Assembly: GCA_964626565.1 (NCBI GenBank)
Contig: CAZVFX010000020.1
Location: forward strand, 6,152-70,151
Length of the DNA stretch: 64,000 nucleotides
Direction: 5' to 3'
From: an uncultured Myxococcales bacterium
Lineage (GTDB): Bacteria; Myxococcota_A; UBA9042; CAIXZC01
Shown here: positions 37,188 to 46,485 of the stretch, in pieces
How the letters are laid out: each line of letters starts with the position of its first letter
How positions within the stretch are numbered: position 1 is the first letter of the stretch
Notes under the pieces: generated by a model
Told to the model about the DNA's origin: nothing
The model's database searches: none
What the model saw: the letters and a program-made list of their open reading frames with translations, nothing else
Position numbers and translations under genes: made by a program

Positions 37188-38141
37188 CTACTTTCTCAGT
37201 TCCAAAATCTCGATTTCTCCGGGGTCCGCCAGATGCAGCCGCCACCCCTTGGCGAAACTTGAATCCTGGTAGCGCAAGGCACCCGTCACGCTGATTCGCG
37301 CGCCGTTGGGAGGCGCACCTCCCCACTCCAGGTCTGTCGGCAGGATCGCACCAGCCAACTCCAGCACAGTCCACGGGATAACCACATCGAGGTTGGCCCA
37401 CCTGCCGTCGATCTTACCCGCTGACAATCTGATCTTGGCTTCGTAGTTCTTGTAGGTCTTGCCGTCTTTCTTCTTACCTTCCCTCCGGACGTAGTTTCGG
37501 TACACCTTGCCAACCACCCGGACCCGATCGAATTCGTTGAAGTCGTCCCTTCCCGCGGTCGCAATCTCCCGGGGCCTGTAGTCAGCCAGGGGAGGCGGCC
37601 GTGTGATGGTCAACTCTTCGGGAGCCCCAACGATGAGCGAGTGACGGTGCATGCGGATCTGGAAGTTCCCCATCACATGCACCCGATCTCCTACCGCCGG
37701 GATCTTGCCCGCCTTGACGATGCGCCGGGTCGCGTCCTCGTAGGTCTTCACCCGGGTACGTGCACTGCCGTCGTCAAGACAGAATTGCAGAGTGCCCGCA
37801 GTGGGGTCGTCAGAGCCGGAAGCATGATAGAGCCGGGGAGTGTCGCAAACGACCCCTTCCAACTGGACGTAGGCAAAATTGCTCTGCTCTGTCAGAGACG
37901 CCACCTTCACCAGGGGATTCCCGATGGTCTTGCCCAGATGCGCCAACACAAAAATGCCGATAATCCCAATAATCGGAGACGCATACTTGGTCACCCGGAG
38001 GATCATCCGCTTGTTGTGATGCGCGCGGCAGTAGGGGCAGAACTCCAAGGGTCCCACATACCGCTTGCACTTCGGGCAGTTGGTGTAGTCGTTTGAATGG
38101 CTTAGGGTGTAAGGCTCAATTCCGGGCGGTGGGCCGGTCAT
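37188..38141 (-). CDS. Zn-ribbon + single TM + two OB-fold domains
   Basis: GGAGGT RBS before ATG 38141; CPKC...CPYC, TM, VQLEGVV...LDDGS...GDRVHVMG and RVRVVGKV...GARISVTG. Confidence 0.72.
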   Translation of the reverse strand: MTGPPPGIEPYTLSHSNDYTNCPKCKRYVGPLEFCPYCRAHHNKRMILRVTKYASPIIGIIGIFVLAHLGKTIGNPLVKVASLTEQSNFAYVQLEGVVCDTPRLYHASGSDDPTAGTLQFCLDDGSARTRVKTYEDATRRIVKAGKIPAVGDRVHVMGNFQIRMHRHSLIVGAPEELTITRPPPLADYRPREIATAGRDDFNEFDRVRVVGKVYRNYVRREGKKKDGKTYKNYEAKIRLSAGKIDGRWANLDVVIPWTVLELAGAILPTDLEWGGAPPNGARISVTGALRYQDSSFAKGWRLHLADPGEIEILELRK

Positions 38142-38242
38142 GCCAGCTACCTCCATCATATGAATCAGGGATCAGAAAGGCCTTTCGAGTACAACAGGCA
38201 GCAGGTACAAAGTCAAGGACTTCCGTGTGCGCGCCCGCGGAC

Positions 38243-38271
38243 TTGAATCGAGGGCCGGAAGTTGCCATTAT
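38243..38271 (+). promoter_or_regulatory. Candidate sigma70 promoter of the B12-rSAM/LuxEC operon
   Basis: TTGAAT-N17-CATTAT with extended -10 TG at 38263-38264. Confidence 0.5.
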
Positions 38272-38300
38272 CATCACTGATCGCAACGGAGGCTACTGCC

Positions 38301-39953
38301 TTGAACACAATGTTGCTCCACGTGCCGAAACTGGAGGACTACTACCTCCCGTTCGGCCGTTACATGAACGTCAACTACATGCCCATGGGGCTCCTTGGCC
38401 TGGCCCGACATTTGAAGCAGAACGGGCACGATGTAGAGGTGCTCCACGCAGGCGTCGAGAAGATACTCGACCCGGACTGGCGCATTGCTGATGAGATCGC
38501 CGATTTGGACGTAAAGGCGGTAGGCTTGACGCTGTTCTGGCACTACCAATCCTACGACGTCGCCCAGGCGATCCGCCGCCTGAAACAGGCCCGGCCCGAC
38601 CTCTTCATCTTCCTGGGCGGCATCACCGCATCATACTTCGCCGACGATATTCTGAAGACCCTGCCTGAAGCCGACGCAGTGGTGATGGGCGAAGGGTTCG
38701 ATTCGACCTTAGGGCTGCTGGCCGGACTGGAAGCCGGCGGTGATCTCTCCGGAGTCCCCAACCTGGTGTGGCGCCGCGCCGGAAAGGTAGTGGTCAATCC
38801 CGACCGCCTGCAGCATCCCCAGCAACTGTTCGACAGCCTCTCCTTTGCCGATTTCTCCCCCATGCGGCACCACGACACCTACATCCGACAATTCGGTTTC
38901 CCCCTGGCCTACTCCTGGGAACGAACGCCGGAAGAAAACCGGCAGTTGATGACCATGGGACGCAGTTTCTTTCCTCTGTATGTCGGCAGCGGCTGCAACA
39001 CAGCGTGCTCTTACTGCTGTGGCAACACGGCCACGTTGAAACGAATTAACGGCGGCCACCGCCTCATGTGGCGCTCCCACGACGCGGTGTTGCGCGATGT
39101 AAAAACCGCTCTGGACTTTGGCTATCGCACCATGGCGCTGTGCTTCGACCCCATCCCCGGCACCGGGCCCTATTATGCCGAGCTGTTCCGCCGCTGGAAG
39201 AAGGAGACCCCCGAGGCCGACTTGTACTTCGAATGCTGGGGCTTGCCCGAACCCGATTTTGTGACTGCGTTTGCCGATTGCTTCGAGCCGCCCCATTCAT
39301 ACCTGGCGCTCTCCCCCGACTCTGGAAGCGAGATGGTCCGCCGCAAAAACAAGGGCAATTTTTACACCAACAGCCAGTTCTTCGAGTGTGCGGACAGTCT
39401 CGTGCAGCACGACATCCAGATGGACGTCTTCTTCTCCCTCGGCTTTCCCGGGGAAAACATCGCCCGGGCGCTGGAGACCCGGGACATGATCCGCAAGGTC
39501 TCCGACGGCTACCCCAACGTGCGCAGACTCATGACCTGGGCGGTGCAGTTGGAGCCGGGCTCACTTCAGTTCGAGAATCCCGATCATTGGGGCATCGTCA
39601 CCAACCGAAAGACTTTTGACGATTACGTCAACCTCCACGGATCCCGCGGCGACGCCTACTCGATCCTGGGCTACAAGATCCGGGACTTCTTCGGCGATGA
39701 GCGGGATCATTGCTCCATCGAAGAATTCGAGGAGCATTTCCAGCATTTCAAGTGCATGGAATTCTGCTTTCTTAGCAAGGACCCCCGGGTGTATAATGAT
39801 CCCGGAATGGGACGGGCGGAGTGCCTCCGGCGGCGCGACGCTCTGGCCGGGCGACGGGGGGCGGAATCGCCGACTCAAGAGATCAGCGCAACCTATAGCT
39901 GCCGGCAGGCGACGGGGGACGAACGCCCCCGGACTCCCCGGGTAGAGATATGA
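38301..39953 (+). CDS. Cobalamin-binding radical SAM enzyme
   Basis: GGAGG RBS before TTG 38301; B12 domain (PMGLLGLA, GGITAS, GEG); CNTACSYC; SPDSGSE; FSLGFPGE. Confidence 0.9.
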   Translation: MNTMLLHVPKLEDYYLPFGRYMNVNYMPMGLLGLARHLKQNGHDVEVLHAGVEKILDPDWRIADEIADLDVKAVGLTLFWHYQSYDVAQAIRRLKQARPDLFIFLGGITASYFADDILKTLPEADAVVMGEGFDSTLGLLAGLEAGGDLSGVPNLVWRRAGKVVVNPDRLQHPQQLFDSLSFADFSPMRHHDTYIRQFGFPLAYSWERTPEENRQLMTMGRSFFPLYVGSGCNTACSYCCGNTATLKRINGGHRLMWRSHDAVLRDVKTALDFGYRTMALCFDPIPGTGPYYAELFRRWKKETPEADLYFECWGLPEPDFVTAFADCFEPPHSYLALSPDSGSEMVRRKNKGNFYTNSQFFECADSLVQHDIQMDVFFSLGFPGENIARALETRDMIRKVSDGYPNVRRLMTWAVQLEPGSLQFENPDHWGIVTNRKTFDDYVNLHGSRGDAYSILGYKIRDFFGDERDHCSIEEFEEHFQHFKCMEFCFLSKDPRVYNDPGMGRAECLRRRDALAGRRGAESPTQEISATYSCRQATGDERPRTPRVEI

Positions 39954-41143
39954 AGATAACCATCATCGATAGCACCCTGAGGGAAGGAGAACAAACGCCG
40001 GGGGTGGCCTTTACCGCCGAGGAGAAGGTGGAGATAGTTCGCCTGCTTGCCGACGCAGGCGTGACCCACTTCGACGCAGCCACTGCGGAGTCCTCCGACG
40101 AGGATGCGCACTTCATTGCCATGGCCATGGACCAGGTGCCGGACGTCAAGTTGGGAGTAAGCTGCCGGTTGCGGCCGTCAGCACTACGCCTGGCCGCCGC
40201 CACCGGGGCCGCAGACCTGTTCGTGATCGTCCCCACCAGCGACATTCACCTTGAGAAACGGCTGCGCATGAGCCAATCGGACCTGCTCGAAGAATTGACC
40301 GGTGCCATCGCGGACAGGCCCGACCCGTGTCCGCGGATCAACATCGCGCTGGAAGATGCATTTCGCACTACCCCATATTTCATCCTGCAATGCATCGAAA
40401 AAGCCCTCGAAGCCGGGGCGACCCGATTCTTCGTCTCGGACACCGTGGGCACCACAACTCCCCGCGGAGTGCGCAGGATGGTGCGCACCGTGATGAGCGA
40501 ATTCCGCGACAGAATCGAACTGGGCACCCACTTCCACAACGACTTCGGCCTGGCCACCGCCAACACCCTGGCCGCCCTAGAGGAGGGAGCCACCCTTCCC
40601 ACCGCATCGGTAAATGGCCTCGGCGAAAGGGCCGGTATCGCTGACCTCGCTCAGGTTGCGGCCTCAGCCAGGAAGCTGCTCGGCGCGACCCACACGGTTC
40701 GCCTTGACCGGATGCGGGCCGTAAGCACGCAACTCGCCCGCCTCACCGGGATAACGGTCTCTCAAAACTCCCCCATCACCGGTCACAACGCGTTCCAGCA
40801 CACCTCCGGAATCCACGTCCACGGTATGCTTATCGATCCCGCCACCTACGAGGCGTTGGACGGCCAGTGCTTCGGTGCAAAGACGGAGTTGATACTGGGA
40901 AAACAGTCCGGCCGCCATCACCTGCGACACTTGTTGGATGAAGCAGGATTGGAGGCCCCGGACGACCTGGTGGAGGCTCTGCTCCAGCAGGTCAAGGCAG
41001 AGGCCGCCAACCCGCGCCGCCGAGAAGCGCTGCGCGCTTTCTCGGATCGTTTCGACGACCTCAACAAAAGAGTGCTGCCAGTGGACTGGAGTCTGCTGCT
41101 GGAGTGGCTGAAACGACGGGCAGGCAAAACCACGGAGAGTTGA
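39950..41143 (+). CDS. Homocitrate/isopropylmalate-synthase-like DRE-TIM enzyme without regulatory domain
   Basis: DSTLREGEQ, SDTVG, HFHNDFGLATAN, NGLGERAG, HTSGIHVHG, LGKQSGR. Confidence 0.88.
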   Translation: MKITIIDSTLREGEQTPGVAFTAEEKVEIVRLLADAGVTHFDAATAESSDEDAHFIAMAMDQVPDVKLGVSCRLRPSALRLAAATGAADLFVIVPTSDIHLEKRLRMSQSDLLEELTGAIADRPDPCPRINIALEDAFRTTPYFILQCIEKALEAGATRFFVSDTVGTTTPRGVRRMVRTVMSEFRDRIELGTHFHNDFGLATANTLAALEEGATLPTASVNGLGERAGIADLAQVAASARKLLGATHTVRLDRMRAVSTQLARLTGITVSQNSPITGHNAFQHTSGIHVHGMLIDPATYEALDGQCFGAKTELILGKQSGRHHLRHLLDEAGLEAPDDLVEALLQQVKAEAANPRRREALRAFSDRFDDLNKRVLPVDWSLLLEWLKRRAGKTTES

Positions 41144-41144
41144 C

Positions 41145-42314
41145 TTGACGCTGTTCGACAACATCTGGAGCGGACACTGCACCGGAAAGAAGGACGGCGT
41201 CTACGAACAGTTGCGCGTCGACCTCGTCTATGGTCACGAAGGGACGTTGGCCCTCTGCCTTGAACAACTGAAGAAATATGACGGGCCCAAAATGGCCCCG
41301 GAACAGCTCTTCTTTGTGGTGGACCATTTCTCTCCGCCCTCCTCCGGCCCCTTCGCCGACATCGTCCGCGATCTTTCCACCTTCTGCTCCCAGCGGCAGA
41401 TTTCGCTCCGGATGCACGAGGGGATCGGGCACCGGCTCATGCTGGAAGACGAAAGAGTGCAGCCGGGCATGCTGGTCGTCGGCGCGGATTCCCACACGAC
41501 CACCATCGGCGGCAAAGGGGCGCTGGGGATAGGCCTTGGCTCTTCCGACGTCCTCGCCGTGCTCATGACCGGCACCGTGTGGCTGAAACGCCCCCCGGTG
41601 GCCGCAGTGCGCCTGCATGGAGAACTGCCCCCGGGGGTGGAGGCCAAGGACGCAGTACTCCAACTGCTGGCCGACCACGGCCAGGGCGGCTTCCTCGGTG
41701 AAGTTGTTGAATATCAGGACGACTCCACTGCCGGACTCGCGCTCGAACAGCGGGCCGTGTTGACCAACATGTGCGTGGAAATGGGCGCAGTATCGGCCCT
41801 GGTAAGCAATTGCACCCCCGACGGCTCCGCGCGCAAACTCGATCTCGACCTGTCGGGACTTTCGCCTCTGGTAGCGCGCCCCGGGGCTCCCGATAATGTG
41901 ACACCCGCGAAACAACTTGGCGACGTGACAATAGACACCGCCATGGTGGGCTCTTGCGCCGCGGGTGGATTGTCGGATCTGGAGACCGCAGCCAGACTCC
42001 TTGCCGGGCGCAAGGTCGCGCCGGGCACCAACCTGCTGGTCACCCCCGCAACCAGGCGGATACTTATAACAGCAGTTGAAAAAGGGATCATCTCGACCTT
42101 GCTTGAAGCCGGCGCAGTCTTGCTCAATCCGTCCTGCGGCGCCTGCGGCGGCATCGACAAGGGGATCCCCGCAGTGGGAGAAACGGTAATCACAACCGCA
42201 CCCCGAAACTACGGCTCCAGGGCGCGGGTCGGCTCCAAGGTCTACCTGGCCTCTACCGCCACCACCGTAGCCAGCGCGTTGGCAGGCACCATTTGCCCGG
42301 GCGGAGGGTCGTGA
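41145..42314 (+). CDS. Two-subunit aconitase-family dehydratase, large subunit (LeuC/HacA-like)
   Basis: VVDH, GIGH, GADSHTTT, three cluster Cys (GSC, SCGAC), TAPRNY. Confidence 0.88.
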   Translation: MTLFDNIWSGHCTGKKDGVYEQLRVDLVYGHEGTLALCLEQLKKYDGPKMAPEQLFFVVDHFSPPSSGPFADIVRDLSTFCSQRQISLRMHEGIGHRLMLEDERVQPGMLVVGADSHTTTIGGKGALGIGLGSSDVLAVLMTGTVWLKRPPVAAVRLHGELPPGVEAKDAVLQLLADHGQGGFLGEVVEYQDDSTAGLALEQRAVLTNMCVEMGAVSALVSNCTPDGSARKLDLDLSGLSPLVARPGAPDNVTPAKQLGDVTIDTAMVGSCAAGGLSDLETAARLLAGRKVAPGTNLLVTPATRRILITAVEKGIISTLLEAGAVLLNPSCGACGGIDKGIPAVGETVITTAPRNYGSRARVGSKVYLASTATTVASALAGTICPGGGS

Positions 42315-42315
42315 A

Positions 42316-42801
42316 ATGATCATCGAGGCCAGAGCACTGGTATTGGGAGACAACGTCAACACCGACCTGTTGCACCCCCCGGCATTCTACTCCACCGACG
42401 ACAAGACTGCGGCCAGGGGAGCCTTCGCCGGCCTGGACCTGGACAGAGCAGCCCTGGGCCCGCCCCCTTACGTCATACTGGCGGGGAAGAACTTCGGGTG
42501 CGGATCCAGCCGGGAGTCGACCATGAGGGCGCTGAAAACCGCCGGCCTGGTGGCCATCGCGGCGCGGTCTTTCGCCCACATCTTCCACCGCACCGCGACA
42601 AACCTGGGCGTACCAGCCCTCGTCATCCGGGGAAACCCGGTGGCAACAAAGACCGGGGCCAGCGTCGCTTTCGACTCCGAGCTGTGGACGGTACGCTTCG
42701 AAGGCGCCACAACCGTCCCACCCGAACCCTTTGAACAACAGCTACTGGCAGCCGGCGGCCTCGAGAACCTCCTCGCCGGCAAGGATTGGCAATGGGAATA
42801 G
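42316..42801 (+). CDS. Two-subunit aconitase-family dehydratase, small subunit (LeuD/HacB-like)
   Basis: GDNVNTD, AGKNFGCGSSRE, SFAHIFHR, AAGGLEN. Confidence 0.9.
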   Translation: MIIEARALVLGDNVNTDLLHPPAFYSTDDKTAARGAFAGLDLDRAALGPPPYVILAGKNFGCGSSRESTMRALKTAGLVAIAARSFAHIFHRTATNLGVPALVIRGNPVATKTGASVAFDSELWTVRFEGATTVPPEPFEQQLLAAGGLENLLAGKDWQWE

Positions 42802-44024
42802 ATACCGCACACCAGGCTCCGGCCAACTACGACGTCGCAGTAATCGGCGGCGGAGTGGCGGGGTTGAGCGCAGCGATAAGAGTCCGCTTCGTCAAGGCGA
42901 TGGAGGCGCTGCCGTTGTCGGTAGTCGTTTTCGAGTGCTCCAAGCCGGGGGGCCTCGTAAGGGTTGGTCAGCAGAGATACGTGACAGGGCCCTCCTTCAA
43001 ACTGGATGCGGACAACATTCTCGGCGACCTGATGGGAGACGTTGAGCAATATGAAATCCCCATCCTCCGCACCAGGATAACTGCTGTGGAGCAGGCGGGT
43101 AAGAAATTCGTATTGCACGGGGAAGACGGCTCCCACACCACTGCGCTCAGCGTCGTAGTAGCCACCGGCTCAAGGCCGTTGTGTAACGAGCTGGAGTTTC
43201 TGGGCGACGGCGTGTTCATCACCTACAAAGGGCTCAGTTTCCTACCGCTGATCCTCGACGAAGCGGTGAAGACCGCGGGGGGAAAGCCTGTCGCAGTGGT
43301 GACCAACCGGCGCATCGGCGCCCTGTTGCCCCTGTTTGGCAACCGGACCGCAGACTTCCTCTATCTGCTTTTTCCACCTGCGGCCGAATCGGGAGGATTG
43401 AAGATGCCGGGGAGGACCTTGGACATCGCCGGTTTTGAAGTCCGCAAAGTCGACGGCGGCTTTGAGCTGGAAGTGCGCTCGAGGTCGGGGGAGACTTCTG
43501 TGGAAAAGTGCGGCGCGGTGCTGCTGGACTACGTTTCGTTCCAAACCGAACCGTCCCTGCCTTCGCTCGACGTCCCGATCCGCCTCGGCCCCACCGGTGC
43601 GCCGGTGGTGGACTCTTTCCTGGCCAGCAGCGTCCCCGGCCTCTATTTCGCCGGTGACGTTACCTGCCGATACGCCAACACCGCGGCCGCCATTTCCGAC
43701 GGCGTCCTGGCAGGTTTCGGCGCCTACTCCCACGCCTATCGGACCCTGTTCGGCCACTCGCCGCCCCTCTTTGCATACCGGGCTCCGGAGAGCCCCGGGC
43801 AGTTCCTCGCCGGGGAATTGCCCAACCTCTCAGACGGGCATTTGATCAGGTGGCTGCAAACCCCATCCCAGGGGCACCCGCTAAGAGCCTGTGACGGCTC
43901 CACACTGGCCGAAGCTTCCCGGGACTCGGGGCTGACTGTTTCCCGGGTGAAAGACCTTGTGCTCGACGCGATCAGGGACAAACGCCTCACCGTCTACCCG
44001 CCGCAAACCTCCGGGGGAAACTGA
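42792..44024 (+). CDS. TrxB-fold FAD-binding protein lacking the redox CxxC
   Basis: IGGGVAG, VVATG, GLYFAGD; no CxxC and no second GGG motif; C-terminal extension; ATG 42792. Confidence 0.75.
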   Translation: MGIDTAHQAPANYDVAVIGGGVAGLSAAIRVRFVKAMEALPLSVVVFECSKPGGLVRVGQQRYVTGPSFKLDADNILGDLMGDVEQYEIPILRTRITAVEQAGKKFVLHGEDGSHTTALSVVVATGSRPLCNELEFLGDGVFITYKGLSFLPLILDEAVKTAGGKPVAVVTNRRIGALLPLFGNRTADFLYLLFPPAAESGGLKMPGRTLDIAGFEVRKVDGGFELEVRSRSGETSVEKCGAVLLDYVSFQTEPSLPSLDVPIRLGPTGAPVVDSFLASSVPGLYFAGDVTCRYANTAAAISDGVLAGFGAYSHAYRTLFGHSPPLFAYRAPESPGQFLAGELPNLSDGHLIRWLQTPSQGHPLRACDGSTLAEASRDSGLTVSRVKDLVLDAIRDKRLTVYPPQTSGGN

Positions 44025-45136
44025 TGACCCCGGGCAAACTAGCTGACGAACGGGCCGAAATCGCGGCTCAACTGCGTGCCGCCATCGGAGGCGACGACTG
44101 GAACGAAAAGCAGTTCAACTCGCTCGCGTTAGCCTTGTTTGCCCATCAGTATGAACATATGGCGGCCTATGGCAGACTGTGCGACAGTCGCGGGATTTCG
44201 CCGGCAACCTTGCGCCAATGGCGGCAGATACCGGCCGTCCCAACCACCCTGTTCAAGCAAACAAGCCTGGCCTGCGGCCCCCCCGAACAGATCGCAGCAG
44301 TGTTCAGCACCAGCGGCACCAGTGAAGGGCCGGCCAAGGGAAAGTCACACTTCTCCCTCGACGGCCTGGCGCTCATGAGGAAGAGCATTCTGGTCAACGC
44401 TCGAAAGATGCTCTTTCCCGATATCGACAAAATGCACATCCTGGTGCTGGCGCCCTCGCCCGAGCTGGCCCCCCAGATGATCATGGCCTGGGGTATGGCC
44501 CGGCTGCTGGAGCAATGGGGAACCGACGAAAGCCGCTTCCTGGTAAACAAGGATGGACTCGACGTGCCCACCCTCATGTCGCTCCTGCGTCGGTTCTCCA
44601 AGGCGTCGGAGCCGGTTACCCTCATCGGCGCATCCTTCGGCTTCGTGAACCTCCTCGAAGCGCTCAAAGCCAAGGAGCTGTCGTTCTCCTTGCCCGCAGG
44701 CTCGCGCATAATGGACGCGGGCGGGTACAAAGGACGCTCCCGGGAACTCACCAGGGCCGAACTCGAGCAACTTTTCCTCGATGGTTTCGGGGTCCCGTCC
44801 CACCAGGCCGTGAACCTGCTCGGGATGACCGAGCTTGCGTCCCAATTCTACGACAACTCCCTCGTCCGCTCCGCAGGGGAAGGTGTTGGTCTACAAAACC
44901 CGGAGTGGACTCGCACCAGGGTGGTGGACCCCATGACCGGCGAGGAGATGCCGGCAGGAGAAGAAGGGGTCTTGTGCCACATGGACCTGGCAAACCTCGA
45001 TACCCCCATGCACGTACTCACCGACGACCTCGGCGTCGCCGGCAATGACCGTTTCAAAGTGCAGGGAAGACTCAACGCAGACGACTCCAGGGGGTGTTCC
45101 CTCACCGTTGACGAACTGACGCGGAGCCGACCATGA
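44024..45136 (+). CDS. LuxE-family acyl-protein synthetase
   Basis: PTTLFK, FSTSGTS, GGYKG, GMTEL, C-terminal RGCSL acyl-acceptor Cys; TGATG coupling. Confidence 0.88.
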   Translation: MTPGKLADERAEIAAQLRAAIGGDDWNEKQFNSLALALFAHQYEHMAAYGRLCDSRGISPATLRQWRQIPAVPTTLFKQTSLACGPPEQIAAVFSTSGTSEGPAKGKSHFSLDGLALMRKSILVNARKMLFPDIDKMHILVLAPSPELAPQMIMAWGMARLLEQWGTDESRFLVNKDGLDVPTLMSLLRRFSKASEPVTLIGASFGFVNLLEALKAKELSFSLPAGSRIMDAGGYKGRSRELTRAELEQLFLDGFGVPSHQAVNLLGMTELASQFYDNSLVRSAGEGVGLQNPEWTRTRVVDPMTGEEMPAGEEGVLCHMDLANLDTPMHVLTDDLGVAGNDRFKVQGRLNADDSRGCSLTVDELTRSRP

Positions 45137-46485
45137 ACGCCGATTTCCCCACCTCCTGGCTGCCTCCGGATCTGGGGACAGACCTCTCGTCTCTCGACGC
45201 CATCATGGCCGCAATGGCCGCCCGAAAGGAACGCCTCACGGCGCTGCCGGTTCAGCGCATCATCGATGCACTGGACGCCACCTCGAAAGAGTGGCTTCAG
45301 CCGGATGATCCACGCCGCGACAAACTGGTGGCCGCCATCTCGGCCGCTACCGGAGTGTCACCGCAAATGGTGGCAATCTCCATTCGCCTGGAAATGGAAA
45401 GCTCTCTCGGACCACATCTCCTCGCCGCGCTGAAAAACGAAATCGGCAACCCTTCCTACCTGGATCTCTTTGCGCCAAACACCCTGCTGGCCGGCGAGAC
45501 TCTTGCCCTAGGTCCTAACCTGGTGGGCGGGATCGTGTCGTCCAACATCCCCGCTTTGCCACACCTCACCGTCATGCGGAGCCTGCTCGTGAAGGCGCCC
45601 TGCGTGGTGAAGTCGTCCAAGGACGAGCCCCTCTTTCTCCCTGCCTACCTGCAGAGCCTGTGGGAAGTGGACCCGGAGGTGGGCGGATGTGCAGCCGCGG
45701 TGAGTTTCGGAAGGGAGCAGACCGAACTGCTGGACACCTTCCTTGACGCCATCGACTTCCTCATCGCTTACGGAGGATTGGACGCCATCGCGGGCCTACG
45801 CAAGAAGTGGCCCGAAAGTTCCCGCACACTCTACCACGGCCACAAGCTGGGCTTTGGCATCGTAACAGCCGAAGCGTTGGGGACAGACCTCATGGATCTG
45901 GCCGCAAAAATCGCCTGGGACGTGGTGCTCTTCGACCAGGAAGCGTGCCTCGCTCCCCACGTTGTTTTTGTCGAAGCAAGTCGAACGGACACACAGTCGT
46001 TAGGGGAAAAGGTGGCCGCGGCCATGGAGAAGCTGGCCGCTGAGTTGCCTCCGGCCAAACGCTCTCTCTCCGCCAGGCTGGCAGTACGGCAAGAGCTGGA
46101 CTCCCTGGCCGCACTCGACCAGACAGCAAAGGTCTGTCCCGCGGGCAGCTTCGAGAACGGCGTGGTGGTAGTTCAGGAAGCCGATACTTTTCACCCTTCC
46201 CCGCTCGGCCGGTTCGTCAGATTGGTGCCCGTAAGATCCCTGGACGCCGCCTTGGAACTCGTCAGGCCCTTGCAAGGTCTACTGCAAAACGCATCCATCG
46301 CATGCCCCGACGAATCACGCCGCCGCCACATCGCCACCGCCCTGGCCCGGGAAGGAGTCGCCAGGGTCTGTCCCCCCGGCAACATGGGCACCCCTTCCAT
46401 GATGTGGCATCATGACGGCTTTCCGTGCATATCCAAAATGCTCACGTTTTGCGATTGGGAAACCGGGGTACATCACCAGGACTAG
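45133..46485 (+). CDS. LuxC-family acyl-CoA/acyl-protein reductase
   Basis: SSNIP, VVKSS, IAYGG, FDQEACLAPH catalytic Cys, WHHDG; ATGA coupling. Confidence 0.88.
   Translation: MNADFPTSWLPPDLGTDLSSLDAIMAAMAARKERLTALPVQRIIDALDATSKEWLQPDDPRRDKLVAAISAATGVSPQMVAISIRLEMESSLGPHLLAALKNEIGNPSYLDLFAPNTLLAGETLALGPNLVGGIVSSNIPALPHLTVMRSLLVKAPCVVKSSKDEPLFLPAYLQSLWEVDPEVGGCAAAVSFGREQTELLDTFLDAIDFLIAYGGLDAIAGLRKKWPESSRTLYHGHKLGFGIVTAEALGTDLMDLAAKIAWDVVLFDQEACLAPHVVFVEASRTDTQSLGEKVAAAMEKLAAELPPAKRSLSARLAVRQELDSLAALDQTAKVCPAGSFENGVVVVQEADTFHPSPLGRFVRLVPVRSLDAALELVRPLQGLLQNASIACPDESRRRHIATALAREGVARVCPPGNMGTPSMMWHHDGFPCISKMLTFCDWETGVHHQD

Noticed and set aside
39950-42801. Housekeeping leuA-leuC-leuD or nifV
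   Set aside because: No LeuA regulatory domain, no leuB, divergent active-site motifs, no nitrogenase genes; gene symbols withheld
44024-46485. Bioluminescence (lux) operon
   Set aside because: No luxA, luxB, luxD or luxG; LuxE/LuxC families are widespread outside luminous bacteria
46482-46485. Convergent genes sharing a CTAG double stop
   Set aside because: Real but a common result of compact gene packing; no functional claim supported
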